Source: Eledone cirrhosa (Eukaryota). From it: 64,000 bases of DNA. Positions 1 through 11,733 of the stretch are shown here, one piece after another. How positions within the stretch are numbered: the stretch's first letter is position 1; the number at the start of each line of letters is the position of its first letter. Both the position numbers and the translations under genes were made by a program. The stretch is taken from positions 3,224,001 through 3,288,000 of the forward strand of contig OZ024760.1 of NCBI GenBank assembly GCA_964016885.1. Direction: 5' to 3'. The notes under the pieces are model-generated. The model had not been told where the DNA came from. It made no database searches and was given only the letters and a program-made list of their open reading frames with translations.

Positions 1-54
<54 letters not shown>
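1..54. repeat. (TA)n microsatellite
   Basis: Perfect TA run at the window start. Confidence 0.98.
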
Positions 55-56
<2 letters not shown>

Positions 57-171
57 GGCTTTGTAGCTTGCTTGAAGCATTATTGAATAGGAAACACAAA
101 TTTAAATTTAGTAAACCAAAACACTGCGTTATGAAGAATGTTAAATTGCCAAGATAACAAAAGAATCTTAC

Positions 172-174
<3 letters not shown>

Positions 175-214
<40 letters not shown>
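175..214. repeat. (GA)n microsatellite
   Basis: Perfect GA run. Confidence 0.97.
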
Positions 215-217
<3 letters not shown>

Positions 218-531
218 TTCACAGATTCGTAATACACTGTACAATAGGATTTATTTCAAATATTTACATGTGTTTCATTGAGGTGTTAAGAAGCACGTTT
301 GGAAATCGCTAAACCCAATAATCTATCGGGAAAAATCGAATTCAATGCGGTGAAAGATATTTTTACTCCCGGCACATCAAATTATATATTCTCATTATAT
401 ATAAGGACAAGTTTGAGTCTTGTTCCTCAGTTTCTTTTGTAAGTACACAGGAGAAACTCCAGAGTAACAGGTTAGCTTTAATAAAGCCAATATTAATTTC
501 TACTATGGTACTGAGGAACGTCAATTATATA

Positions 532-614
532 TTGAAAGGCTTGCTGAACACATCAGCCGAAACTGCTTGGCGCTGCGGTCGGAATTTTACATATCTCACC
601 ATGCATCGAGTACT
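532..614 (+). ncRNA. Degenerate hammerhead-like motif (3' half intact)
   Basis: GGCT...AGCC stem, then GAAA-CTGC-ttggcgct-GCGG-TC (559-580), followed by ATCGAGTACT. The CUGANGA box is replaced by TTGAAA. Confidence 0.35.
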
Positions 615-639
615 CCGTGATTAGTGTCTCAGTACCGCA

Positions 640-641
<2 letters not shown>

Positions 642-732
<91 letters not shown>
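642..732. repeat. (CT)n-(CA)n compound microsatellite
   Basis: Direct reading; explains ORFs 617..889 and 624..821. Confidence 0.97.
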
Positions 733-826
733 GTGTGTTTTTTCTCCCCAATTATTTTTTCTCATTTTCCCCGTTCCTTCCTCTCATCACTCTTTATTTT
801 CTATTTATCTTCTATTTCTAACTCTA

Positions 827-862
827 TCTTCTGATAAAGGACTAGTGTCTGAAACGTTAAGA
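827..862 (+). ncRNA. Minimal type I hammerhead-like motif of Penelope-type terminal repeat (G8 mutated)
   Basis: TCTT-CTGATAA-A-GGAC-tagt-GTCT-GAAAC-GTT-AAGA: stem I TCTT/AAGA, stem II GGAC/GTCT, loopless palindromic stem III AACGTT. Related copy on the minus strand at 35445-35488. Confidence 0.5.
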
Positions 863-1040
863 CTCTCTTCCTACTATTTCAAGCATTAAACTAATATATA
901 CCTACCATATACTGTGCAGTTTTTGTTATTTCTGTTTACCTTTCACACACACACATAGATAGATAGATATAGTTAAATCTTAGACAGGAACAAAAACAGA
1001 GAGGCAGTACAAATAGTGGTTTATTAGGTTCACGCTTTTG

Positions 1041-1081
<41 letters not shown>

Positions 1082-1105
1082 CGCTTAGTATTAACGGTGC
1101 CTAGA

Positions 1106-1139
1106 ATGAGTGCTCAGTACCATAGAACTGAGCACTCAT
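1106..1139. other. Perfect 13-bp hairpin
   Basis: ATGAGTGCTCAGT-accataga-ACTGAGCACTCAT. Confidence 0.85.
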
Positions 1140-1217
1140 ATTTGCTTTAAGGGCAACTTTAAGTCTTGTTATTCTGGAGTTTCTAAAACTTGTTCTTATA
1201 TATGAGAATATATAAAT

Positions 1218-1276
<59 letters not shown>

Positions 1277-1281
1277 ATATA

Positions 1282-1372
1282 CAGGGCGTTCCAAAAAATA
1301 TATATACACATTTTCATTAAAATGCTGTTGAAGTGTGTATACATTTTTTTTTGGGGGGGGGGGGACACCCTG
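1282..1372. mobile_element. Small Tc1/mariner-like MITE
   Basis: TA|CAGGGCGTTCCAAAAAAT..ATACACA left arm versus TGTGTATACATTTTTTTTTGG(G)nGACACCCTG|TG right arm. TA target on the left, mutated on the right. Confidence 0.6.
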
Positions 1373-1463
1373 TGTGTATATATAATATATGTGCCAACAC
1401 AAGAGCAAGAATGAAGGGTTCATGGCGTTAAAAATGAGGCTTGTTTGCATAATTGCAAACGAA

Positions 1464-1646
1464 GTGGATTGGCAGTATCGGTAGAGGGTCGGACGCCATG
1501 CTTTCCAGCATAGTTACGTCCCTTTACGATCTGAGTTCAAATCCCCCCGAGGTTGACTTTGCCTTTCATCCTTACTGGGTCGATAAAATAAAGTACCAGT
1601 AATGCACTAGGTAATTGCTGGCCTTGTGCCTAAAGTAGAAAAACAG

Positions 1647-1648
<2 letters not shown>
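1464..1648 (+). mobile_element. tRNA-derived SINE, subfamily A (short-tail variant)
   Basis: A-box-like TGGCAGTATCGGT, B-box GAGTTCAAATCC, core GACTTTGCCTTTCATCCTT..GGGTCGATAAAATAAAGTACCAG, tail GGCCTTGTGCCTAAAGTAGAAA. Many copies in the window. Confidence 0.9.
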
Positions 1649-1689
<41 letters not shown>

Positions 1690-2000
1690 TATATATTTAT
1701 ATATATATAAAACCGTATGGCAGAAAAGATATATATAATGTGAAGATGTGTATGTATGTATTTTGAGTATATGTGAATACATGTATGTATGTATATATGT
1801 GTGTGCATGTGTGTGTGTGTGTATGTATGCATGGATGTATACGAGTGTGTGTGAATGTGTTGCACTTATTAATGTGTGTGTATGTGTTGCACTTATTAAT
1901 GTGTGTGTGCGTATGTGAGGTAATGAATAAACTACATACAAGGAAAGCGTTAATCATTCCAAGCCAGCTCCCTCCTACCTCCCCCCTTTCATTACACACA

Positions 2001-2565
2001 TACCACCACCACCACCACCACCAACACTACCATCGTCACTACAATCAACACAGGCCATTAATAGAACCACTACCACTACCATCCCCACACTAACTATAAA
2101 TACCAACACCATCTCCACCACCAACACTACTACCACTAACTACACCACCACTACCACCACCCACACCACCAACACTACCACCACTAACTACACCACCATC
2201 GCCACTCACACACACCACCACCAACATCCATACTACCTACCACCACCACCACCATCACAAACACTCCCTACCACAAACACTACTACTACCACTACCACCA
2301 CAAATACTACCACCACCATCATCACCACCTTTATCATCATCATCATCATCATTATCATTACCATTGATACACTGCAAACTGTCAAATCATCACCACTATT
2401 ACTACTATTAGCATCATCACCATCACCAATAGCTACTTCAAACACCACCACCACTACCACCATTACCAACACCACCGCCACAACCACCACTACTACTGCG
2501 GCTACTACTACTACTGAAATTACCACCACCACTACTACTACTACTGAAACTACCACCACCACCAT

Positions 2566-2627
<62 letters not shown>

Positions 2628-2628
2628 G
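2001..2628. repeat. Cryptic (ACC/ACT/ATC)n trinucleotide region ending in pure (ACT)n
   Basis: Direct reading. Confidence 0.9.
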
Positions 2629-2774
2629 TGAAATAGTTGTTCCCCCTCTCGCCCATAAACACTCTCACATCACACATACACACACTCACACATACATACA
2701 CCAAACACACACATACATATCACATGCATACACAATACTCCACCCCCTACAAACACACTAACACTTCACACATA

Positions 2775-3210
2775 CACACACTACTCTATATACCTACACA
2801 CACATATTACACCATATATCTACACTATTCCACCTAACACACACACATTACTCTATATACCTACAAACACACACACATTACTCTATATACCTACAAACAC
2901 ACACACATTACTCTATATACCTACACACGCACATACACACACACACGTGTGTGTGTGTACGTGTGTTAGGCGGAATAGTATGTATATGGAGTAATGTGTG
3001 TGTGTTAGGTTGAATAGTGTGTAGGTATATGGTGTAATGTGTGTGTGTGTGTGTGTATGTAGGTATATAGAGTAATGTGTGTGTGTTAGATGGAATATTG
3101 TAGATATATGGTGTAATATGTGTGTGTGTGTGTGTGTGTATGTAGGTATATAGAGTAATGTGTGTGTGTTAGATGGAATATTGTAGATATATGGTGTAAT
3201 ATGTGTGTGT
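2775..3210. repeat. Inverted minisatellite (foldback)
   Basis: CACACATTACTCTATATACCTAC units to about 2925, then their reverse complement GTAGGTATATAGAGTAATGTGTG from about 2960. Centre near ACACACGTGTGT at 2941-2952. Confidence 0.8.
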
Positions 3211-3504
3211 ATATATATTCCACACACTCTCACATCACTTATAAATACATACAGTCCTCCACCGCCCACAAATACGCATACACTCACATCACACTCAGCT
3301 ATATTTCACACACACACACACGCGCATCACATACGTACACAGCCACCGCTGCCGCCGCCGCCCCCATATCCTCCTTCACCACCTCCACCCCCCGCTGCAG
3401 CAGTTGCTGCTGCTGCTGCTGCTGCTGGGGTTATTCAGCGGGCAAAGCTATAGTAACTTGTGATCAATGTTGTCTTTTTCGCCCTGATTTCCATTGAAAG
3501 TAAC

Positions 3505-4020
3505 ACACACACATACACACTCACATACATACATACATACATACATACACGCATACAGACTCACATACATACATACATACACACTCACATACATACATGC
3601 ATACATACACGCATACAGACTCACATACATACATACATACATACACACTCACATACATACATGCATACATACATACACGCATACAGACTCACATACATAC
3701 ATACATACATACATACACGCATACAGACTCACATACATACATACATACATACATACACACTCACATACATACATACATACACGCATACAGACTCACATAC
3801 ATACATACATACATACATACATACACGCATACAGACTCACATACATACATACATACATACATACATACACACTCACATACATACATACATACATACATAC
3901 ATACACGCATACACACTCACATACATACATACATACATACATACATACACGCATACAGACTCACATACATACATACATACATACATACATACATACACAC
4001 TCACATACATACGCACTCAC
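3505..4020. repeat. (ACAT)n-based compound minisatellite
   Basis: ACAT runs punctuated by ACACGCATACAGACTC and ACACACTC spacers. Confidence 0.95.
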
Positions 4021-4104
4021 ATAGACACATGCACACGCTGATACAAAAGCACACTCACAAATACACGCACGTATACACTCATATATATACTTACGCATAG
4101 ATTC

Positions 4105-4171
<67 letters not shown>

Positions 4172-4268
4172 CATACACACACACATACTTTTACATTGCG
4201 ACACACACAAACATGTTTGTGTAATATCTACACAAACACACACACACACTCCCTCTCTCTCTCTCTCC

Positions 4269-4340
<72 letters not shown>

Positions 4341-4689
4341 TGTTTGTATAATACTATCTATACAAACACATAATTACACACACACACACACACCTATACA
4401 CGTCCGCCCACACTCACACACATACATTTTGTAATAAGTCACACATTCACACACATACATACCTATCCACGCCGGCACATGCATACACACCTACATATAT
4501 TTTGTAATAATATACACACACCTATACATACACACACACATATACATATATTCACCCCGGCATATGCATACACACAGACATACATTTTGTAATAAGACAC
4601 ACACACACATACACCTATACATGTCTGCCCATACACATATTCACGCCGGTACATGCATACATACACACACACCTATATATATATATATA

Positions 4690-4939
4690 TACACAGTCAA
4701 AAACGTACACACACACATACACCTATACACGTCTACACATACACATATTCACGCCGGTTCATGGTACACACACACACACACATATATATACAGTCAAAAA
4801 TGTACGTACACACACGCACACACATATATATATATACAGTCAAAAACGTACGTACACACACACACACACATATATATATACAGTCAAAAACGTACGTACA
4901 CACACACACACATATATATATACAGCCAAAAACGTACGT

Positions 4940-4978
<39 letters not shown>

Positions 4979-5045
4979 GTCAAAAACGTACACACACATA
5001 TATATACAGTTAAAAACGTACGTACGTACACACACACACATATAT
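4690..5045. repeat. Minisatellite CAGTCAAAAACGTACGTA(CA)n(TA)n
   Basis: About seven recurrences of the CAGTCAAAAA(C/T)GTAC anchor. Confidence 0.85.
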
Positions 5046-5199
5046 ATACCTACACACGCCCCCACCCCACATTTTATAATACAACATACAATTTTGTAAT
5101 AAGACCCCCACCCCACGCTCCACAGTTTAACTCATCTATCCAGTCATACAATAATAATTCCACATTAACATATATTACACTCATTACACCATCTATTGC

Positions 5200-5582
5200 T
5201 ACACACACACCTATCCCTACACAAACACACACACACATATATCCTTACTCACACACACACACCTATCCTTACTCACACACACACCTATCCCTACACACAC
5301 ACACCAATATCCTTACTCACACACACACCTATCCCTACACACACACACACACCAATATCCTTACTCACACACACACCTATCCCTACACACACACATATCC
5401 TTACTCACACACACACCTATCCCTACACACACACACATATCCTTACTCACACACACATCTATCCCTACACATACACATATCCTTACTCACACACACACCT
5501 ATCCCTACACATACACACATATCCTTACTCACACACACACCTATCCCTACACACACACATATCCTTACTCACACACACACAC
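5200..5582. repeat. Minisatellite of CCTATCCCTACAC / ATATCCTTACTCAC units
   Basis: Alternating short units separated by (CA)n. Confidence 0.9.
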
Positions 5583-5891
5583 CATTACCACCTTAGCCAT
5601 CACCTTCTCCCCTCCGACATAATTTGCAGATATGTATTTTATACAAATGCCTGTATATTGGTAGATTTATCTATATATATATACATATGTATATATAATG
5701 TGTGTGTGAAGAATTTGTCTTGTTTTGTAATAAACTAAAACTATTCACATGCAGAAACAAATATGGTTTTATAAATATAGTTTCCATTTGTTTTGTTAAT
5801 ATCGTATGTTTACTCCAAATACTTGTTGAGTGCTTTATATCAGTTATAAAAATATTTGCTTGTTGTATCCCAACAATTTAAATAGAATTTT

Positions 5892-5955
<64 letters not shown>

Positions 5956-5969
5956 GTGTGTATGCATAT

Positions 5970-6194
5970 ATGGTCTCCTATATTCATATATAGAGATATA
6001 TACATATATACACACACATACATAGTCTCATATATTCATATAGAGATATATACATATATACACACACATACATAGTCTCATATATTCATATAGAGATATA
6101 TACATATATACACACACATACATGGTCTGATATATTCATATATAGATATATACATATATATATATATATACACACATACATGGTTTGATATATT

Positions 6195-6200
<6 letters not shown>
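5970..6200. repeat. Approximately 52-bp tandem repeat
   Basis: GTCTCATATATTCATATAGAGATATATACATATATACACACACATACATA repeated about four times. Confidence 0.85.
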
Positions 6201-6228
<28 letters not shown>

Positions 6229-6360
6229 CACATATATACACACACACATAAAGGTGGGGCGCGAGGGTTTTTTTTAAACAAGTTCTCAATAGACCCTTGT
6301 CTTGAGAAGTTTGTGTAGACTAATATATATATTTATGTTATGTGTGTATGTATACATGTA

Positions 6361-6601
6361 TGGCGGCGAATTGGCAGAGTTGTTAAGTCGTCGGGTAGAA
6401 TGCTTTACTGTATTCGTCCCATCTCATTGCACGCTCAGAGTTCAAATCCCGCTGGAGTCAACTTTGCCTTTCATCTTTTCGAGGTCGATAAAAAAAAAGT
6501 ACCAGTCCAGTACTGAGGTCGATTCTTCCTCTAAAGAAAAAATCGGCTGTGTTCGGACCTGGAGAAAAGTGCCCTAGACACGCCGTATGATGGTGCCTCT
6601 A

Positions 6602-6603
<2 letters not shown>
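6361..6603 (+). mobile_element. tRNA-derived SINE, subfamily B (different 3' tail)
   Basis: Same head and core as subfamily A, but the tail is GATTCTTCCTCTA..GACCTGGAGA..GTGCCCTAGACACGCCGTATGATGGTGCCTCTA, shared with the copies at 19471 and 22390. Confidence 0.85.
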
Positions 6604-6648
<45 letters not shown>

Positions 6649-6710
6649 GGTAAGTTATTCCGGGTTGAATCGGAGGTAACCACAGTAAGTAAGGTACTCA
6701 ATACATAGCA

Positions 6711-6762
6711 GAGTTCCTGATGATTTCTAAAGAATGAAACAGTTCTAGTCCTGTAGAATCTC
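6711..6762 (+). ncRNA. Type I hammerhead ribozyme motif (family 1), predicted cleavage after GUA at 6755
   Basis: GAGTTC-CTGATGA-T-TTC-taaa-GAA-T-GAAA-CAG-ttctagtc-CTG-TA-GAA(T)CTC. Intact CUGAUGA and GAAA boxes and three helices. Homologous copies at 13850-13903 and 14707-14756 keep the stems with different loop II. Confidence 0.65.
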
Positions 6763-6792
6763 ATCTCTCTCTCTCTATATATATATATATAT

Positions 6793-6982
6793 AACGAAGG
6801 AAATGTGGTAAGGAACCAGATGGACCATAACGCACCAAAGTACTCAATACTTAGGGTAGTAGAGTGGGTAATAGGAACAAGTATGACCCCGACGGCAGAG
6901 CTCAAGCCGTTTCGACGGCTAATTCAGTCCAGAATTAGTCGTCGAAACGGCTTGAGCTCTGCCGTCGGGGTCATACTTGTTC
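6793..6982. mobile_element. Foldback short element (family 2) containing hammerhead 3' half, in (TA)n
   Basis: Arms GAACAAGTATGACCCCGACGGCAGAGCTCAAGCCGTTTCGACGGCTAATTC and its near-perfect reverse complement around AGTCCA. The right arm reads GAAA-CGGC-ttgagctct-GCCG-TC-GGGGTC. Confidence 0.8.
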
Positions 6983-6995
6983 ATATATATATATG

Positions 6996-7230
<235 letters not shown>

Positions 7231-7641
7231 GTGTATGAAATCACGTGACCAACACCCTGCTGTGGTGGAATGTCTCTGTTCAGGTTCTATTTTCCCTGGG
7301 GACACTTCACCTCATTTATTTCCCTTAGTTATGTCAGTTTGAGGTGTTGGGGACACAGGGTCAACCTAATGTAGGTAGGGGAGGGGACAACATTGGCCAG
7401 TCCTGATCGGATTGCTGACATTCACACATACATATTCACAGAACACACACATATATACACATGCATATCCACAGAAGATACGCATACATATATACACATA
7501 CATATACACAAAACACACACATACAGAAAGGCATGCATATGTATGCATATTCACACAACACACACATATATATATACACACACACATAAATGTATATATA
7601 TATATATACTTGTTCCTAAATATATATATATATATATATAT

Positions 7642-7840
7642 AGGAACAAGTATGACCCCGACGGCAGAGCTCAAGCCGTTTCGACGGCTAATTCTGGACA
7701 TTGAATCCAGAATTAGTGTCGAAACGGCCTGAGCTCTGCCATCGGGTCATACTTGTTCCTATTATCCACTCTACTACCCTAAGTATTGAGTACTTTGGTG
7801 CGTTATGGTCCATCTGGTTCCTTACCACATTTCCTTCGTT
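7642..7840. mobile_element. Second foldback family 2 element, inverted relative to 6793-6982
   Basis: Short arm first, long arm second; sequence is essentially the reverse complement of 6793-6982. Flanked by (TA)n. Confidence 0.8.
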
Positions 7841-8150
7841 ATATATATATATATATATATACATATACATATTCTCACAACATACACACACATATATATA
7901 TACGCACATTCACACAACACACAAACAAAAAAGCATGCATATGTATACATACATATTTACACAACACAAACATACATATTCAACACACATAGATACATAT
8001 CCACACAACGTACACATCCATACACACACCCACATTCATACGTATTCATGCAACACACACATAGATAAGCACTTACACATTATCTATATACGCATACACA
8101 CAACACACCCCTCTCCCTCACTCATTCACCCACATATATACGTATTCACA

Positions 8151-8188
<38 letters not shown>

Positions 8189-8189
<1 letters not shown>

Positions 8190-8300
8190 ACGAAGGAGAT
8201 GTGGTAAGGAACCAGATGGACCATAACGCACCAGAGAACTCAATACTTAGGGTAATAGGAAAATGTTTAACCCCGACGGCAGAGCTCAAGCCGTTTCGAC
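8189..8300 (-). mobile_element. Family 2 element copy
   Basis: AACGAAGGAGATGTGGTAAGGAACCAGATGGACCATAACGCACC...CCCCGACGGCAGAGCTCAAGCCGTTTCGAC, between (TA)n and (TCAC)n. Confidence 0.8.
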
Positions 8301-8390
8301 TCACTCACTCACTCACTCACTCACTCACTCACTCACTCACTCACTCACTCACTCACTCACTCACTCACTCACTCTCTCTCTCTCTCTCTC
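8300..8390. repeat. (TCAC)n-(TC)n microsatellite
   Basis: Direct reading. Confidence 0.97.
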
Positions 8391-8638
8391 GCTCGCTTCC
8401 AATCTATTACAAACATACAAAATCATGCGCACGAACACATACATACAGACGCATACACGTAAACATCCATATATATATATGTATAAGTACGTGTATATAT
8501 ACTACCCCTATGTGTACATACACGCACGCGCACAACCACTGCTCTACAGAAGATTAAAAAAAAAAAACCATAGCACAGACTTGTTTAGGCAGAACATAGG
8601 AAGTGACGATCCGTAAGTCACAGCTGATCCCATATTAC

Positions 8639-9320
<682 letters not shown>

Positions 9321-9670
9321 GTGTGGGTGTGTGTGCTTGTTCACCTATGTAATTATAAGCACAGGCCTTACATATATACACACACACCTTTTACTTAACA
9401 TGCACACACCTGCACCTGCAATTACACGCCACAAATATATATATATACCCCTCATACATTGATGTACAAAAGCGTGTATAGACATGCCTCCTACGAATTT
9501 TCACGCATGCACACTTCACATACATATATGCTGACACCAATACACACATACACGTACACACACACACGTGTGCAATTGCATTTACAAAACATCAGAAACA
9601 AATGGTTTCCGCCAACTGTGCAAAAAAATCTTCTGTTGCAATGGATTCAGCACACATGTATTATTATTAT

Positions 9671-9863
9671 TGGATTGGCAGTATCGGTAGAGGGTCGGAC
9701 GCCATGCTTTCCAGCATAGTTACGTCCCTTTACGATATGAGTTCAAATCCCGCCGAGGTTGACTTTGCCTTTCATCCTTACGGGGTCGATAAAATAAAGT
9801 ACCAGTAATTCACGGGGTAATTGCTGGCTTTGTGCCTAAAGTAGAAACAATTATTATTATTAT
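9671..9863 (+). mobile_element. tRNA-derived SINE, subfamily A, with (ATT)n tail
   Basis: Near-identical to 1464-1648. Confidence 0.9.
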
Positions 9864-10176
9864 TGTTCTTTGAGTCTCAGTCATTGATGTTATTTAACTG
9901 GAAAGTTTGTTGAAATAAATATCAAGCCGCTACCTGCAGCCTCAGATATTCAGGACGTATCGGAGGGTTCTTGCTGTTCCCAGCAAGCATGCCTTTTGAA
10001 GTGTTCCAAAAAGCGGGGCTGGACTAACTTTCTTTAACCATCCTTGGAAACTCTTTGAGATAGTACCTAGTGCGCCTATGACAATCGGGACGACTCTGAC
10101 TTCATGGCAGTTCCAAATCCTTTTTTACCTCCCACTTTAAATCTTGGTATCGGTTAATTTTCTCCCTCTCCTTTTC
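9864..10176 (-). mobile_element. 3' end of an R4/Dong-like (restriction-like endonuclease) non-LTR retrotransposon, copy 1
   Basis: Minus strand translates (one frameshift) EKEREKINRYQDLKWEVK-IWNCHEVRVVPIVIGALGTISKSFQGWLKKVSPAPLFGTLQKACLLGTARTLRYVLNI*, the K..KY..L / VVPIVIGALG / LQK..LLGTA pattern of R4-clade C-termini. Short 3' UTR ends in (AAT)n. Confidence 0.8.
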
Positions 10177-10204
10177 TTCTTCTTCTTCTTATTATTATTA
10201 TTAA

Positions 10205-10379
10205 CATAAAGCCATGGCCCTTTACGTTCTGAGTTCAAATCCCACCATGGTTAACTTTGCTTTTCATCCTTAAGGGGTCGATAAAATAAAGCACCAGAAA
10301 TGCACTGGGATTGATTTAATCGACTTTCCCCTCTCCAAAAATTTCTGGCCGTGTGCCTATAGTAGATATTATTATTATT
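10205..10379 (+). mobile_element. 5'-truncated SINE (long-tail variant)
   Basis: B-box, core and GCACTGGGATTGATTTAATCGACTTTCCCCTCTCC segment, then (ATT)n. Confidence 0.85.
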
Positions 10380-10700
10380 GTTCTTGGAGTCTCAGTCATT
10401 GATGTTATTTAACTGGAAAGTTTGTTGAAATGAATATCAAGCCGCTACCTGCAGCCTCAGATATTCAGGACTTATCGGAGGGTTCTTGCTATTTCCAGCA
10501 AGCAAGCATGCCTTTTGAAGTGTTCCAAAAAAGGGGAGTGGACTAATGCTCTTTAACCATCCTTGAAAAGTCTTCGAGTTAGTAACTAGTGCTCCTATGA
10601 CAATCGGGACGACCTTGATCTCATGACAGTCCCAAATCCTTTTAAATTCCCACTTTAAATTCTGGTATGGGTTAATTTTCTCCCTCTCCTTTTCTTGCAT
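10380..10700 (-). mobile_element. 3' end of R4/Dong-like retrotransposon, copy 2
   Basis: ORF 10437..10700: QEKEREKINPYQNLKWEFKRIWDCHEIKVVPIVIGALVTNSKTFQGWLK...LQKACLL. Same UTR as copy 1. Confidence 0.8.
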
Positions 10701-10726
10701 TCATCATCATCGTCATCATTATTCGT

Positions 10727-10916
10727 ACACAAGAAAATTCCTTGCGCAACCTCAGGTTTCATGGTCTACCAAACTTACATAAGTGTAATTGATATTTGCG
10801 AGTCACATAGAATGTGTATACAGTTCGCCTGAAGATATAACTGACAAACATCAATTGCACTTAAGTAAGGTTGTCAGACTATGAAACCTAACATTGCACA
10901 ATGAATCTTCTTGTGT
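10727..10916. mobile_element. MITE-like foldback with about 70-bp imperfect terminal inverted repeats
   Basis: ACACAAGAAAATTCCTTGCGCAACCTCAGGTTTCATGGTCT..CTTACATAAGTGTAATTGATATTTG versus the reverse complement of the right end, ACACAAGAAGATTCATTGTGCAATGTTAGGTTTCATAGTCT..CTTACTTAAGTGCAATTGATGTTTG. Confidence 0.75.
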
Positions 10917-11417
10917 CTAATTCATAATAATTCAGTAGTTCTGTTTGTTAAGGAGAGCACTTTTTTTTCTTTTTGTTGACACACGGGACATAGTCACAGG
11001 CGCCGACATGGACACGCACACACTCACACACACACACATCTCTATGTGCCAGTAGCTTGTACCTTGGAGCAGTTAGCAGTAAGGAATACTTATTGCAAAA
11101 ATGCAACGACATCGTCTTAGACTATAACAATTTTTCTCTTTCTGATGAAGTGCAATAATTTATTACGTAATGTATTCGATTGAACAAGGGATCTGCAGTC
11201 AGCGCATGTCGACAGTTATTGTATAGAAACATATGTTAAGGAATGAGCTCTCGATAAATTTCTCATTCTGACGAATTCTTCCTGCCTAGTTATTCCAGTT
11301 TTTCCTGGTACCATACTTATTATTATTATGCTTAGCAGCATAGAGTTACACTTCCGAAGATGCCGCGCAATGAGACACAAGTAGAAACCACGTGGTTTGA
11401 GAGAGCTGTAGATTGTA

Positions 11418-11565
11418 ATTTTCGAAAAGACATTAATGTTTTCTTCAATTCTATTTGCAGATTCGCTGTCAAGATTTGCCTCCCTTTCAAAGATGCTGCC
11501 AAGATATGTGGATGAAGGTATGTTTCTCAAATTTCTACCGTGCAGACTTGTCAACTCTGTCACTT
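11418..11565 (-). mobile_element. Decayed LINE reverse transcriptase C-terminal fragment (RTE-like)
   Basis: LHGRNLRNIPSSTYLGSIFEREANLDSESANRIEENINVFSKI matches the G..LE.V..F.YLGS....LD.EI..RI....F..L motif. Confidence 0.6.
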
Positions 11566-11620
11566 TGGGGTGGGTGAGAGATGTCTTCTCTTGCGAAAAT
11601 TGGTATAGCTTTCATTATGT

Positions 11621-11733
11621 AAAATCCCGCCGAGGTTAACTTTGCCTTTCATCCTTATGGGGTCGATAAAATAAAGTACCAGTAATACACTGGGATAATT
11701 GCTGGCCTTGTGCCAAAAAGTAGAAACAATTAT
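11621..11733 (+). mobile_element. 5'-truncated SINE subfamily A
   Basis: Core and tail present. Confidence 0.85.

Noticed and set aside
422-519. 10-bp inverted repeat GTTCCTCAGT/ACTGAGGAAC as a MITE
   Set aside because: Too short, no target duplication seen, and could be chance.
3335-3455. GC-rich poly-Pro/poly-Ala coding exon
   Set aside because: Consists of (GCC)n/(GCT)n repeats with an early stop and no convincing splice sites.
10437-10700. Host protein-coding gene
   Set aside because: It is a truncated, frameshifted retrotransposon C-terminus present twice.
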